Origin: a virus
UHGV virus genome: UHGV-1355336
DNA length: 35,822 bases
Direction: 5' to 3' (one strand)
Shown: positions 11,181 through 22,514 of the stretch, piece by piece
Layout: each line of letters starts with the position of its first letter
Numbering within the stretch: position 1 is the stretch's first letter
Translations under genes and position numbers: made by a program
Notes under the pieces: model-generated
The model's input: the letters and a program-made list of their open reading frames with translations, nothing else
Told to the model about the DNA's origin: nothing
The model's database searches: none

Positions 11181-12665
11181 TTATTGTATTTCTGCTTCAG
11201 AATTTCCTGGGCAGTATATATTTTCTGGTTTTTGTGGAGTGATCAGGTGATGTACAACTGCTTTATCTACACATAAATTAACTCCGGTGAGAGCTAATGT
11301 ATGCCCATCACCATTTATTGTTAGTAACGGGCTGGAAAATTTCTCTGCCATCTTACGGGCATTAATCCAGGGCGTTGTTGGGTCGTATTTGTGTGCTACA
11401 AACAGTAAACCAGAGGGCAGAACAGTATTTTTCAGGCGAGTTTTGTTCAGGTCGCTATGTATTGGCCATAATTCACAAAAATCAGGTGAATCGGAACGTC
11501 CATTGTCAAAGTTAATAGCCGGGAAGGCATTCGCAAGAGCGTCTTTTCGGGATTTTCGCTCTTCTGGTGTTAATTGCTCATCCCCCTGATCTACACAGAG
11601 GATTACCCCCGAAGCATCGCTTGACTCTTCTGAGGCTATCGGAGCACTGAGCGCAGTTTCAATTTCATTACTGACAATCCCCTGAGAGAACTGGCGTATG
11701 GCAGTTGCAAGGGTTGGCCATGATGAACGCCATAGCAGAAGGTCTGTTGTTAATGATATGAGTTCATCTGAAGATATATTTTCTCCCTTACTGTCTAATA
11801 AAGGTTTGTGATGTAATTTTGATAATAGCTCATGGAACTGAGTTATTGCCTTATCTCTGTCTGAAGAAAGCGGGCAACTTTTTGTACGCGCACACCAGGA
11901 TGCAAAGCGATCAAACGTTTCCTGATAACTCTGTGCCTGTTTGAGTTGCCATGTGAAGTTGTCCTCCAGGTCATCGATATCGACGACTCCATCAAGAACG
12001 ATAGATCTTACGTTGTAGGGAAAACGTTCTGCATATAAGGCTGCAATTTGAGTTCCATACGAATACGCCACGGCTGTCAGTTGTTTATCCCCCAAGGCTT
12101 GCCTAATACGATCAATATCGTATACAGCCTCGTTAGAGCCGATATGGCGAATGACTTCGGCCCCGGTATTATGGATACAGGCATTAATTTTATTTAATAC
12201 TTGTTGCTTTTCGGTTATGTTTTCCTGAGTCTCTGTATCTGATTGCCGGCAGTTTATTGTCGGAGTGGACTGTCCGACGCCTCGAGGATCAAATCCAATA
12301 ATATCCCATGACTCACGAAGATTTGTGACTGGCCAGTCAAAGTTAATATAAGGATTTATGCCTGGTAACCCGGGACCACCACTTATTATCAGGATACTTC
12401 CTTTATGCTTGCTTTTTGCCGGCAATTTTGTCAACGCTAGTTTGACTTGTGATTTTTTTTCATAAGAAGCATCTCCGCCTGTGTCTGTATATTTTAATGG
12501 AACAGACAAATAACCACATAGTAAGTCAGGAGACGGTTTTTCCTCACCAAACCAGTGGTTGAATTGACTGGCCATACAGGATTGCCACTGTATCTGCTGG
12601 GCAGATACGGTTACTGGTAGAAGTAACGTTAAAACAACTTTGAAATGAGTAATTATTTTTCGCAT
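11181..12665 (-). CDS. Secreted alpha/beta-fold hydrolase (peptidase/esterase-like), function unknown
   Basis: 494 aa; N-terminal signal peptide MRKIITHFKVVLTLLLPVTVSAQ; nucleophile-elbow-like VAYSYGT; AT-rich cargo context. Confidence 0.6.
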   Translation of the reverse strand: MRKIITHFKVVLTLLLPVTVSAQQIQWQSCMASQFNHWFGEEKPSPDLLCGYLSVPLKYTDTGGDASYEKKSQVKLALTKLPAKSKHKGSILIISGGPGLPGINPYINFDWPVTNLRESWDIIGFDPRGVGQSTPTINCRQSDTETQENITEKQQVLNKINACIHNTGAEVIRHIGSNEAVYDIDRIRQALGDKQLTAVAYSYGTQIAALYAERFPYNVRSIVLDGVVDIDDLEDNFTWQLKQAQSYQETFDRFASWCARTKSCPLSSDRDKAITQFHELLSKLHHKPLLDSKGENISSDELISLTTDLLLWRSSWPTLATAIRQFSQGIVSNEIETALSAPIASEESSDASGVILCVDQGDEQLTPEERKSRKDALANAFPAINFDNGRSDSPDFCELWPIHSDLNKTRLKNTVLPSGLLFVAHKYDPTTPWINARKMAEKFSSPLLTINGDGHTLALTGVNLCVDKAVVHHLITPQKPENIYCPGNSEAEIQ

Positions 12666-12851
12666 TGTGTCTCTGAATATCGGAATAAAGATAAGATTTG
12701 AATATATTGAGGTCTTGTGTTGCGGTAAGAGATTACACGTTATGACATAGGTTAAATGCTTACAAAATTAGTGGATATTGCCTACTTGTAACTGTAAACA
12801 AATTCCCCGGGGTTATACAATACCACCGGGGAGAAAATCTGGTTAACTTCG

Positions 12852-13805
12852 TTAAAAGGTGTACTTAAGACCAGCAGTAGTGATGAAGTTATAGTTTTCT
12901 ATGCCTGCACCATTTTTGCTGTAGTCTGAAGTGTTATCATTGTGATCATAAAGTGAAGTATTACCTTTTTTATTCGTAACCCGATTCCATGCGCCTTCAA
13001 CATAAACCTTTGCGTTAGGTGTTACGTAATAACCTGCATTGACTGCAACAGAATAGTAATTTTGGTCTTTGACTTTACTGCGATAAGTGATTCTTTTTCC
13101 TGGGTCATAGTGCTCATCGTTATCAGATGCTTCCACCCAGCCGCTGTATTTAAATGTGCCACCTAGCTCAAAATCTTCATAACGATAACTTCCAGTCAAG
13201 CCAATGTAGGGCATTTTAAAACGTTGTTTGTAGCCGATTGCTCTTTCTCCATTCGGGAAGGAGCCGATATCATCTCTGAATCCCTCCTCAGAACTGTAGA
13301 TATAGGAACCACCTCTGGCTGTAAAGCTATAACGGCTTTCCTGATATCCGGCCATGAGTCCCAGGCGGTAATTGGGTTCGTTGAGGAGCCAGCCTTTGAT
13401 ATTCAGATCAAATTCGTTGGCATAATTGAGTTGTGTATCAGGGTGCCTACTTTCATCTGTCCAGGTTCCGGGGTTACTGGAATCCATCCAGTCCTGATCG
13501 ACCATATTGCCACCTCGGCTGTCGAGAGTAGTCCAGCCCGCAGCCCCAATAGATATCTGGGGCATCAAATCCCAATTAATTGCACCTTTAATAATTGCAG
13601 CGTTATTGAATTTCCAGTCGAGTTGACTGACTTTTCGGCCTCCTTCTTCAGCTAGATAAACGCGCTCTTTTGTTTTTCCGCTCAGAGTTCCAAGACTAAT
13701 GTCCGCATTTATGTTGTCAGGAGTAAACGATATAGTCTCGGTAGAAGCAAAAGAGCTGATCGCAATAGGGGTTGTCAGAACTATTCCCAGAAGTTTCGCC
13801 CGCAT
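12852..13805 (-). CDS. ompT: Outer membrane protease OmpT (omptin)
   Basis: 317 aa; matches recalled E. coli OmpT over its whole length apart from a few substitutions (signal peptide MRKLLGIVLTTPIAISSFA..., ends ...ITTAGLKYTF). Confidence 0.9.
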   Translation of the reverse strand: MRAKLLGIVLTTPIAISSFASTETISFTPDNINADISLGTLSGKTKERVYLAEEGGRKVSQLDWKFNNAAIIKGAINWDLMPQISIGAAGWTTLDSRGGNMVDQDWMDSSNPGTWTDESRHPDTQLNYANEFDLNIKGWLLNEPNYRLGLMAGYQESRYSFTARGGSYIYSSEEGFRDDIGSFPNGERAIGYKQRFKMPYIGLTGSYRYEDFELGGTFKYSGWVEASDNDEHYDPGKRITYRSKVKDQNYYSVAVNAGYYVTPNAKVYVEGAWNRVTNKKGNTSLYDHNDNTSDYSKNGAGIENYNFITTAGLKYTF

Positions 13806-14227
13806 AAAAGTTCTCCATTCAATCGTTTTAATGATTGAATATGTATTTTTTATATCTAACTTAATGAGTCAATCACATATTGCTCCACTGTTTATATTTT
13901 GTTTAGTATTGAATGATTATCACAATGCGCTATCTGTTTTTGGTTTAATTATCTGTTATTATTTTATGTTGCGGTTTTACTGTGTGGTTTTTTATGCTTT
14001 TGTGGTGTTTTTATCTATTTAAGCGCCATGCCTTTAAAGGCATATAAGCGAAAATAGCATGAGGTTTATCCTCAATTGCTATGTTTTTTAGTACAAAAAA
14101 GAGGGACAAAACTGAGACACATAAGGCCTCACAATGGCTTGCAAGGCTTTACATGTTTTGAGGTAGTGGGACGTGTGAGCGCAGAGATGGCGCGGTAATT
14201 TGTTGACTTAAAATGTCGTTCTAGGAA

Positions 14228-14272
14228 CTTCTAAGTCGTGGGCCGCAGGTTCGAATCCTGCAGGGCGCGCCA
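14228..14272 (+). other. Phage attachment core: 3' terminal 45 nt of tRNA-Arg(UCU) (argU type); not a complete tRNA gene
   Basis: CTTCTAAGTCGTGGGCCGCAGGTTCGAATCCTGCAGGGCGCGCCA matches the recalled argU anticodon loop to CCA end; 5' half of the tRNA absent; integrase stop lies 16 nt downstream. Confidence 0.75.
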
Positions 14273-14287
14273 TTACAATTCAATCAG

Positions 14288-15451
14288 TTACGCCTTCTTT
14301 ATATCCTCCATAATTCCACAGTGGGACATATTTGGGACATTATCACCAAAAATGTCGTCTATTTTCCTTGCATGCTCTGTCAAATGATTAGGCGCAAGGT
14401 GAGCATACCTACGAACCATTTCTATGGACTCCCATCCGCCCATTTCCTGAAGCACAGATAATGGGACGCCTGACTGGATCAGCCAGCTTGCCCAGGTGTG
14501 TCTGAGGTCATGGAAACGGAAATCTTCAATTCCTGCACGACGACAAGCTGATAGCCATGATGTCTTGCTGTCGATGCGCATCTTCCTGACCGCAGGCGTT
14601 GATGTTCCATCTGCTCGCTTAGCCGCCTTGGTATGTACAAACACCCATTTGTGATGCTTGCCTATTTGATCACGCAACACTTTACAGGCGGTATCGTTCA
14701 GCGCCACACCAATGGCGCGGTTTGATTTGCTCTCTTCTGGATTCACCCAGGCAACTCGTCGCTGCATGTCGATTTGTTGCCATTCCAGATTTATGATGTT
14801 CGACTTTCTCAGACCAGTTGCCAGCGCAAACTTGACGACAGATTTCAGTGGTTCGGGGCACTCATCAATAAGGCGTTTTGCTTCCTCCTTTTCCAGCCAT
14901 CTGACTCGCTTGTTTCTGACCGCTGGTATCTTGATGACAGGCGCTTTTTCCAGCCACTTCCAGTCGCGTTCTGCAGCACGGAGAATGGCCTTTATCATGG
15001 CAAGATGCTTTGCCTTTGTCTGAGTTGATACTGGCTTTGGTTCATAAACAGGCGGTTCTTTACCTTTCCTGATGGCGGCCTGAACTTTCTGTTTCCATAT
15101 TTCTTTCGTCTTTCTGTTATGCATTCTGCTTACAGCAGAGTAAATCTTTGCCTCCGAGATATCTTTAAGCCTTATACCCTCAAAATGTTCAAGCCAGAAC
15201 TCAATCCGGCTTTTATCTGAATCGAGAGATTTTTTATCAGCTTTTTCCTCAAGCCATCTTAGGCAGGCCTCTTCAAAAGTGACATCAGGTAAATCCCCTA
15301 GCTTTTCTACTCGCCAGAGTTCTGCTTTTCGCTTGTCGTGCAACTCCTGAGCTTGCCGCTTGTCCTTTGTGCCAAGAGATTCCTTAATTCGTTTCCCGCC
15401 CGGGAGCGAATACGAGGCATACCATATTTCATTTCTGCGGAAGAGTGACAT
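14288..15451 (-). CDS. int: Tyrosine integrase (IntD/DLP12-like, P4-integrase family)
   Basis: 387 aa; [35 protein letters not shown]...; C-terminal catalytic R..HDLRHT..Y region; adjacent to tRNA-derived att core. Confidence 0.9.
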   Translation of the reverse strand: MSLFRRNEIWYASYSLPGGKRIKESLGTKDKRQAQELHDKRKAELWRVEKLGDLPDVTFEEACLRWLEEKADKKSLDSDKSRIEFWLEHFEGIRLKDISEAKIYSAVSRMHNRKTKEIWKQKVQAAIRKGKEPPVYEPKPVSTQTKAKHLAMIKAILRAAERDWKWLEKAPVIKIPAVRNKRVRWLEKEEAKRLIDECPEPLKSVVKFALATGLRKSNIINLEWQQIDMQRRVAWVNPEESKSNRAIGVALNDTACKVLRDQIGKHHKWVFVHTKAAKRADGTSTPAVRKMRIDSKTSWLSACRRAGIEDFRFHDLRHTWASWLIQSGVPLSVLQEMGGWESIEMVRRYAHLAPNHLTEHARKIDDIFGDNVPNMSHCGIMEDIKKA

Positions 15452-15678
15452 TTTCTTTCCTCTGTTATGCCATCACCCGCGCTCACCTGGACAGTATGCA
15501 GCGGAGACTGAAGCGCCGCAATGCAGGCTTGCCGTGTTGTGAGGTAAGGAGATTTTGGCTTGGTTGGATCTTTACGTGTTGCCTGTAGGCGGCCTGTTCG
15601 TATCCAGTTGGTGGCGGTTGGTCTGGATATCTTAAGAAACTGACAGGCCTCATCGAGTGTGAGGCTGTATGGCTCCAT
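15307..15678 (-). CDS. xis: Excisionase-like DNA-binding protein (Xis/AlpA-type HTH); 3' end uncertain, overlaps int start
   Basis: ATG-initiated [33 protein letters not shown] (HTH) immediately upstream of int; frame stays open into the int N-terminus. Confidence 0.45.
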   Translation of the reverse strand: MEPYSLTLDEACQFLKISRPTATNWIRTGRLQATRKDPTKPKSPYLTTRQACIAALQSPLHTVQVSAGDGITEERKCHSSAEMKYGMPRIRSRAGNELRNLLAQRTSGKLRSCTTSEKQNSGE

Positions 15679-15983
15679 TATTTCACCTCTTGCTGTGTCA
15701 TTGTTGAAAAATGGATACCAGCTCGTTGCTGCCAGACGATCCAACCGAGAGTCATATCCCATGCCATGTATTCGTTATCGCCGTTTTTTACTCTCCGACG
15801 ATCTATTAAGTCACCGAAACGCTTTTCCATGAATAATTCATAGGCTTCGCGTTCATCTGGCTCTACTTCCAGAGATACGAGTGCGATTTCATAAGCACGG
15901 CGCTCAATATCGTCTCGAACCTCTAGGCTGCTGATTCGTTCTTTGATTTCTTTAATCAGTTCTTTATTGGTAAATGTGGTCAT
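15678..15983 (-). CDS. Hypothetical early protein (YfdT-like by position and size)
   Basis: 101 aa, ATG start, charged helical protein, stop-start overlap with the upstream gene. Confidence 0.45.
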   Translation of the reverse strand: MTTFTNKELIKEIKERISSLEVRDDIERRAYEIALVSLEVEPDEREAYELFMEKRFGDLIDRRRVKNGDNEYMAWDMTLGWIVWQQRAGIHFSTMTQQEVK

Positions 15984-16345
15984 TATGCTCCAGCCTCCGG
16001 TGCTTTTGGCATTACTGCCCAGTGAGTGATATTGACGTTTTCAAGGTCCCCGACCTGAAATGTCCACTGCCATTCTCCGGTTTCTTTTTGTCCCCAGGTG
16101 TACCAGAGAGAACGCCAGCCAATCAGCCAGCCTTCTCCATTAGCATCAAATAACAGAACACTTTCATTTGCTGGTGGCAGTTCAGCTGACACTGGTATTA
16201 TTTTGTTTTCCAGTGCCGCACATTTAGCTTCAAGCGCGTCGAATTTACGTAACAGGTACTCAGCATTTGTTTCGTTCACTTTCAGATCTCGCGGTACACA
16301 TTTCCCGCGAAGAAACCCTTCCATTTCGAAAACATTCATGCGCAT
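15983..16345 (-). CDS. Hypothetical early protein (YfdS-like by position and size)
   Basis: 120 aa, Trp-rich C-terminus; operon-packed with neighbours. Confidence 0.45.
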   Translation of the reverse strand: MRMNVFEMEGFLRGKCVPRDLKVNETNAEYLLRKFDALEAKCAALENKIIPVSAELPPANESVLLFDANGEGWLIGWRSLWYTWGQKETGEWQWTFQVGDLENVNITHWAVMPKAPEAGA

Positions 16346-16872
16346 TTGCGTAACTCCGATAAATCGTTAAAACGTTCCATAAACATCCCGTAGGCATGAC
16401 CCGGTGCCAGTGGAATCACGTTGAACATCTCTGTTGCCGGGATGCCTTCCAGTACAGGCCAGAAAGAGCCATCATCAAGCCCGAGATCGCGGCGTTCGGT
16501 TGCCAGCATGATGAGATCGGCATATTTCACGGGTGTACTCATAACTGGGGGTAACCCGTATTTCTCACGGATTACGGCGTCTATTTTTTCTTCCATCCGT
16601 TTATAGTCAGGAAGAAGGCGTTTCAGTGGTGCGGGAATGTCCTGGCAATACGATTCTGTTGCATCATGCATTAACGCTTCAAAAGCAAATTCCTGCGGCA
16701 CCAGCTGGCTGCAAAGAACCGCATGTTGGGCGACGCTGTAGAAGTGCGAAAGATGACCGGCAAAGCGACAGATATTTGAAAGGGAAACCGCGATATCGTT
16801 AATATCGATGTCGTCTTTATTTATCTTGTCATAATAAAAATGCTTCCCGGAAAAAGTTTTAATAAATGACAT
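16336..16872 (-). CDS. HD-domain phosphohydrolase (YfdR-like)
   Basis: Start at MSFIKTF gives ~178 aa; H...HD motif (VAQHAVL...LMHDATESY). Confidence 0.55.
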   Translation of the reverse strand: MSFIKTFSGKHFYYDKINKDDIDINDIAVSLSNICRFAGHLSHFYSVAQHAVLCSQLVPQEFAFEALMHDATESYCQDIPAPLKRLLPDYKRMEEKIDAVIREKYGLPPVMSTPVKYADLIMLATERRDLGLDDGSFWPVLEGIPATEMFNVIPLAPGHAYGMFMERFNDLSELRKCA

Positions 16873-16999
16873 TTTGTTCTCCACGTATATGCACTGCACC
16901 GCGCTGAATTCTGGTAAAAGGAAGCCCTCACCATCCGGTGATTATTGAGTTAATTACGTTTCCATAAATGCCCCCGCAGGGGCATTTGCAGTAATGAAA

Positions 17000-17824
17000 T
17001 CAGGCGGTGAAAGTACCAATAAAGGTTTCTACTTTGCTGTCTTTGAATTTCTCAACAAGCAGATCACGAAATTCGTTAGCCATTTCTTCCTGCACCGCTT
17101 CCAGCTGAATAATGCGCAGAACCAGTACAGGACGATCGCCAGTGATAATGCTGAGGCGTAATTTAAACGGACGTTCTTTCAGACCTTCAAACGGAACGCA
17201 TTTAAATTCAAATGCCACTGGCATAATGTCTTTGGTCTTCGCTTCGACAGACTCCATCAGGGAGCGTTTGCCGCTGAAGTCATTATCTTCAAAATCAGCG
17301 GTCTGGTTTGCTTCAATCGTGATTTTACGGACTGCCGCAGCCGCTTTTGTTGCTTGAATGGCGTCACCATTAGCATCAAAGCCCACAAGGTAGTCGGCCC
17401 AGTCTTCGATCCATTCTGCCAGTGACTTCTGGGAGTTACGCTCGCCGTTAACAGACAACAGAGCAGAGAACGGTGCTGTCTTTTTCAGTTTGAGAGTGGC
17501 AGTGTTATCTGCGTGACCTGGCTCATCAATAGTACCCAGGTTAAGCACACTGACGGCACGCATATTATCGGCATCGATAAAGCAGCGGGTGCCTTCATCT
17601 GCAAGATCTTTAGAATAACGGGTAAAATCATCGATGCTGGCAGTGGAAAGTGCACCACGGAAACGGAAGCGATTTAAATTAAATTTTTCCAGATCATGAA
17701 TGCGGAAATTCTCAGGCAATGCCACAGCATCGGCACCAATCTTACTGATAATTTCATTAACACCCTGAGCAGAAATAAGGGCATGGATTTGATTAATTGC
17801 GGTTGCGTCTAAGTTCTGAGACAT
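17000..17824 (-). CDS. DUF2303/YfdQ-like phage early protein
   Basis: 274 aa, [30 protein letters not shown]...; same length as recalled K-12 YfdQ. Confidence 0.6.
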   Translation of the reverse strand: MSQNLDATAINQIHALISAQGVNEIISKIGADAVALPENFRIHDLEKFNLNRFRFRGALSTASIDDFTRYSKDLADEGTRCFIDADNMRAVSVLNLGTIDEPGHADNTATLKLKKTAPFSALLSVNGERNSQKSLAEWIEDWADYLVGFDANGDAIQATKAAAAVRKITIEANQTADFEDNDFSGKRSLMESVEAKTKDIMPVAFEFKCVPFEGLKERPFKLRLSIITGDRPVLVLRIIQLEAVQEEMANEFRDLLVEKFKDSKVETFIGTFTA

Positions 17825-17889
17825 AATAAGTCCTCACTATATAAAGATATTCAGTGATGAGATAAATAATCAGTTAATTAAGAACGATA

Positions 17890-18252
17890 TTAATGACCTG
17901 CTGCGCGGAGTTTTCCGTCAGGTTCACCGGCAAGAGTCAGTAATTGTCCCTGGTCTTCCTGCAGAATAGTCAGGCGACCACCGCGATTGACATACATCGG
18001 CGTTTCGGTGGTGTCTTCTTCGGAAATTTTCCCGCGGTTAGTCGGGCGAACATATGAGAGTTTGTGTTTGATTTTCACACGGTTCTCATCAAATGGTTCG
18101 ATTTCCAGGTTGAGTGAGACCTTACCTTTGGTTTTCGTGTTCATCACACCGGAAGCGACTTCACTGAGAACTGCGCCGATTTTGGTTTCAAATACGCCGC
18201 CGTCCAGCTCCCCGATAAATGCCTGCACATCAGTACTGCGTTCGCTAGCCAT
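17890..18252 (-). CDS. Hypothetical early protein (YfdP-like); first gene of the leftward operon
   Basis: ATG at 18252 with upstream GAGGAG; MASERSTDVQAFIGELDGGVFETKIGAVLSEVASGV... 120 aa. Confidence 0.5.
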   Translation of the reverse strand: MASERSTDVQAFIGELDGGVFETKIGAVLSEVASGVMNTKTKGKVSLNLEIEPFDENRVKIKHKLSYVRPTNRGKISEEDTTETPMYVNRGGRLTILQEDQGQLLTLAGEPDGKLRAAGH

Positions 18253-18298
18253 TTTGCTGCTCCTCATCATATCGACCCTGTAAGGTCGGTTAGTTTCT

Positions 18299-18400
18299 CC
18301 ACAAAACAGAGAAGAACACCTGCGGTGGCAGCCGCCCGGATGGATTGGGTTATGAGCCCGTCGTCCGGTGATGCTCTTCTCTGTTTTGTAAAAAGAGCGG
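18299..18400 (-). promoter_or_regulatory. Leader RNA element: boxA-like motif (CGCUCUUUUUAC in transcript sense) followed by a long hairpin with 15-bp perfect arms
   Basis: Arms ACAAAACAGAGAAGA (18301-18315) and TCTTCTCTGTTTTGT (18375-18389); boxA-like sequence at ~18389-18400; lies 50-150 nt upstream of the first early-left gene. Confidence 0.35.
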
Positions 18401-18871
18401 TACCAGCCGGAAGCAAGGGTACAAACTGGTACCGCCAAAGCAGTGGCTGTTGTGGTGACCGGTGCTGATCTCCGGCTTGCGGTTATTTCAGACTCTCACG
18501 GGCGTTTAATTGCCCCGCCGAACAGCTCTTTTCCGCAATAGCTGCAATGTCTTTCGCGCATCAGCCTGCGCATTCACCACAACGCTGAGAGCACTTAGCC
18601 AGTTACGGCACCACACTTTGTCGCGGTTCCATAAATGCCCTCATCGTTGCACCCTGGTCTCTTCCCAGGCGTCAAACCGAATCGCCACGCTGGTTAGGCG
18701 TCTTATCAGCATCCTCATTGACTTGCACATTCCGGCTACCTGGTTTGTTTGCCCGAGCAAGGAGTGGATTGTCCCCTTTAACGTCCCCAGACCGCTAACG
18801 ACGCATGTGCCATACGCCGTGTTACAACCAACCTTTCGTTAACAACAGTCTGTTGTTTGTTCAGATAATGA

Positions 18872-18888
18872 TGCTACTAAAAGTAGCA
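18872..18888. promoter_or_regulatory. Candidate left operator (OL-type) 17-bp palindrome TGCTACTAAAAGTAGCA
   Basis: Perfect 7-bp arms; near-identical to a 17-mer in the cI-cro intergenic region; flanked by AT-rich promoter-like DNA. Confidence 0.4.
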
Positions 18889-19121
18889 AAAATCAACAAC
18901 AAAAAGTAGAAGCGTGTATTTAATTTTTAGTTTTCTATATAACGTTATGAATTAAAAGGTTTTTCACAGATGGGGTGATGTGGCGTAGTTACGTATAGAA
19001 AATATCGAGTGTCTTTTGTTTTGGTTTAATTATTAGGTTAATTAGATAGTAATAATTTGGGGGAAAATAGTGGGAACTATGGATACAACGGGTCAGGAAC
19101 AGTGTTATTAAGCAGGCTACG

Positions 19122-19148
19122 AGTATAAAACCCGACCGGTTGGTCGGG
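19122..19148 (-). terminator. Rho-independent terminator ending the cI-ATPase (immunity) transcript
   Basis: On the - strand: GCCCGACC-AACC-GGTCGGG followed by TTTTAT, 37 nt past the ATPase stop. Confidence 0.5.
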
Positions 19149-19781
19149 CGAGAATTATGTTCGTTCTAAATCATGGTTATTGTATTACAGACACTTGACT
19201 ACTGTTGAAACATCAGATTCTAGTGCTTCAATTTGTGCTCTATTAGCTTGGGTCGCCATACCATAGATAGTGTAACTCTTATGCTGCAGCCTACTTAAAG
19301 GGCATCCCTCATGGTTTATTATTGCTGCAAGAGTATTACCATCTTTGACATTTTGAACTCTCTCGAAAGTAGCCACATTTGTGAACAGATGAGGATGTGT
19401 ATTTAACAGGTCATCCGTGATTCTTTTGATCTCTTCTGCATGTGATTTGAATGCTTTTGCTGCATCACTTTCATTAGTTCTTGAGCGGTTTTGTACGAAA
19501 AGGTGTAGTTCAGGTAGTTCGATAAGGTTTTGCTTTGCTTCTTTGTTGAAATCTAAGAACATTTCATCTTGTTCTGACTTGTCAATAGACACTCCATAAA
19601 TAAGTTTAACAAGGTTTTTTATTCCGCGAATTGATGCAGCATCGGCAGTGCAAGGGATAATTATTCTATTTGCCGCGACTACTCCCAATTCTGTGTAGCT
19701 GGCAAAACTTGGATTACAATCAATAAAAAATGTTTTTGCTCTGTCAGAAATGTTTTTATCGGCTTCAAAAGATGCTATTAG

Positions 19782-20976
<1,195 letters not shown>

Positions 20977-21703
20977 TTAGATCTACCAGCAAAGATCGGC
21001 TTTTCTTCCATGCTTCTTTTACTGGGGATGAGCCAATGTGAGATATTAAGCGTGAACAGATATCAAGATCGACATCACCAGGAAGAATATATAAGTTCTC
21101 TGGCATTTTTGTATTAACATCATGGGCTCGTACAAAGTAAGAAGATTCATTTCCTAAACGAGACAAAGGAGATTTGCTAAAACGCTCCTTGATATAACCT
21201 GCGATTGTAACATTTCTGTCTCGCAATTTATTTAGATTTTCTTCCCCGGTACCATTGCCACCAAGAATAATTTCTGAAACGTTTGATTGAGGGCATGAGT
21301 CAATAACCACAACATCTTGATCCGGATGAGATATAGCAAACTCAACGGCAAGATTATATGTAAGAAAAGTTTTTCCTACACCACCTTTGTTGTTCCATAC
21401 TAAATATTTTGTATTGGTGGAAATCATATCTGCTACCCCATCTGTCGCTTCAGTACGTTCATTAATCATTATCGTATCCTGTTGTATAGAATTGTCTATT
21501 ATTTATGTTTTATTTTGGTTTTTTTTGTGTTAGTAACGCACCCAAAGATAACATATGGTCTTTATCTTTTCTTACTTAGGGTAACAGCTCAGTGTTAATC
21601 CATTTTTATGGACCAATGTGCCAAATAAAATTTGTATAAAGATTTTCTATCCTTATCTTTTATCATCTGTGCTCGTTTGCTTTAACGATTGCTAGATGCC
21701 TAA

Positions 21704-22444
21704 TTAAAGTCGATTATATTTAATCGACTCATGAATCAGTGCCTTACCCATAACATAAAGCTGATCTTGCGACTTCTCATCAATGTACCATTTCTCATAG
21801 GCGGGGTTATCCGAAAGAACAGCTAGTTTGTTGCCTTGCATTTGTAGACGTTTAACATGGAAAGTCTTACCGTAAACGAAAGAGTAAACTCCATCAGTCT
21901 GGAAGTGGCGAACGGAAATGTCGACAAACAATCGATCCCCGGAAACAAGAGTTGGGGACATACTATCTCCATTTACCGTCATAACTTTTATATCATTCTG
22001 AGAACGGTTTCCGAAAAGAGAACGGGCATGTTCAGTTGTGAACTCAATGGCGTAGAGCACATCAACATAGTCTGAAAGCATATAGGTCCCAGGTCCTGCG
22101 CTAACGCTAAGATCCAAAACTTCTATCCTGTATACATCGGGCTTTGTTGGATTGGGGATGCTTGCCATTTCCTTACATTCCTCTCTATCTCCAACACCAT
22201 ATTCTAGATATGAAGCTGATACTCCAAGAGCCAACGCAAGTTTACTCATGACAGAGACACGTGGCTTCGCTGCGCCGATTGTGTATCGACGAGCCATTTC
22301 ATATGTAACGCCCACAAGACTTTTGAGTTGAGTGACAGAGATTCCTTTGATTGTCATCAATTCGTTTAGTCTCTTGGCGAAATCTGGATACTTCTGTTCT
22401 TCTACCATAGGTAGAAGATTACTCACATCACACGCGCTAGTCAT
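21704..22444 (-). CDS. CI-like prophage repressor (HTH plus S24 LexA-type autopeptidase domain); start codon uncertain (22444 or 22408)
   Basis: C-terminal VNGDSMSPTL...K motif pattern of S24 peptidases; N-terminal HTH; divergent to a cro-like gene; no SD before candidate ATGs. Confidence 0.75.
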   Translation of the reverse strand: MTSACDVSNLLPMVEEQKYPDFAKRLNELMTIKGISVTQLKSLVGVTYEMARRYTIGAAKPRVSVMSKLALALGVSASYLEYGVGDREECKEMASIPNPTKPDVYRIEVLDLSVSAGPGTYMLSDYVDVLYAIEFTTEHARSLFGNRSQNDIKVMTVNGDSMSPTLVSGDRLFVDISVRHFQTDGVYSFVYGKTFHVKRLQMQGNKLAVLSDNPAYEKWYIDEKSQDQLYVMGKALIHESIKYNRL

Positions 22445-22446
22445 TT

Positions 22447-22484
22447 CTATTTTAAGTAGTTGCAATTTGCTATTTTAAGTAGCA
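22447..22484. promoter_or_regulatory. Right operator region: two copies of CTATTTTAAGTAG spaced 23 bp; second sits in 17-mer TGCTATTTTAAGTAGCA
   Basis: Direct reading of the cI-cro intergenic region; 17-mer matches the OL candidate at 14 of 17 positions. Confidence 0.5.
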
Positions 22485-22514
22485 TCATCCCTCTGAATTT
22501 CAGAGGAGAAAGGT

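Noticed and set aside
14161-14275. Possible complete tRNA gene at the att site
   Set aside because: Only the 3' ~45 nt (anticodon loop through CCA) match argU. The upstream sequence cannot form the D-arm or acceptor 5' strand, so this is an att core, not a functional tRNA.
18510-18842. 110-aa + strand ORF in the early-left leader
   Set aside because: Opposite to local transcription direction, Arg/Cys/His-rich junk-like translation, no RBS; region is more likely structured non-coding RNA.
21701-21725. Palindrome GTCGATTATATTTAATCGAC at the cI stop codon as a terminator or operator
   Set aside because: AT-rich, no following U-tract, and unrelated to the operator motif; insufficient evidence to call a feature.
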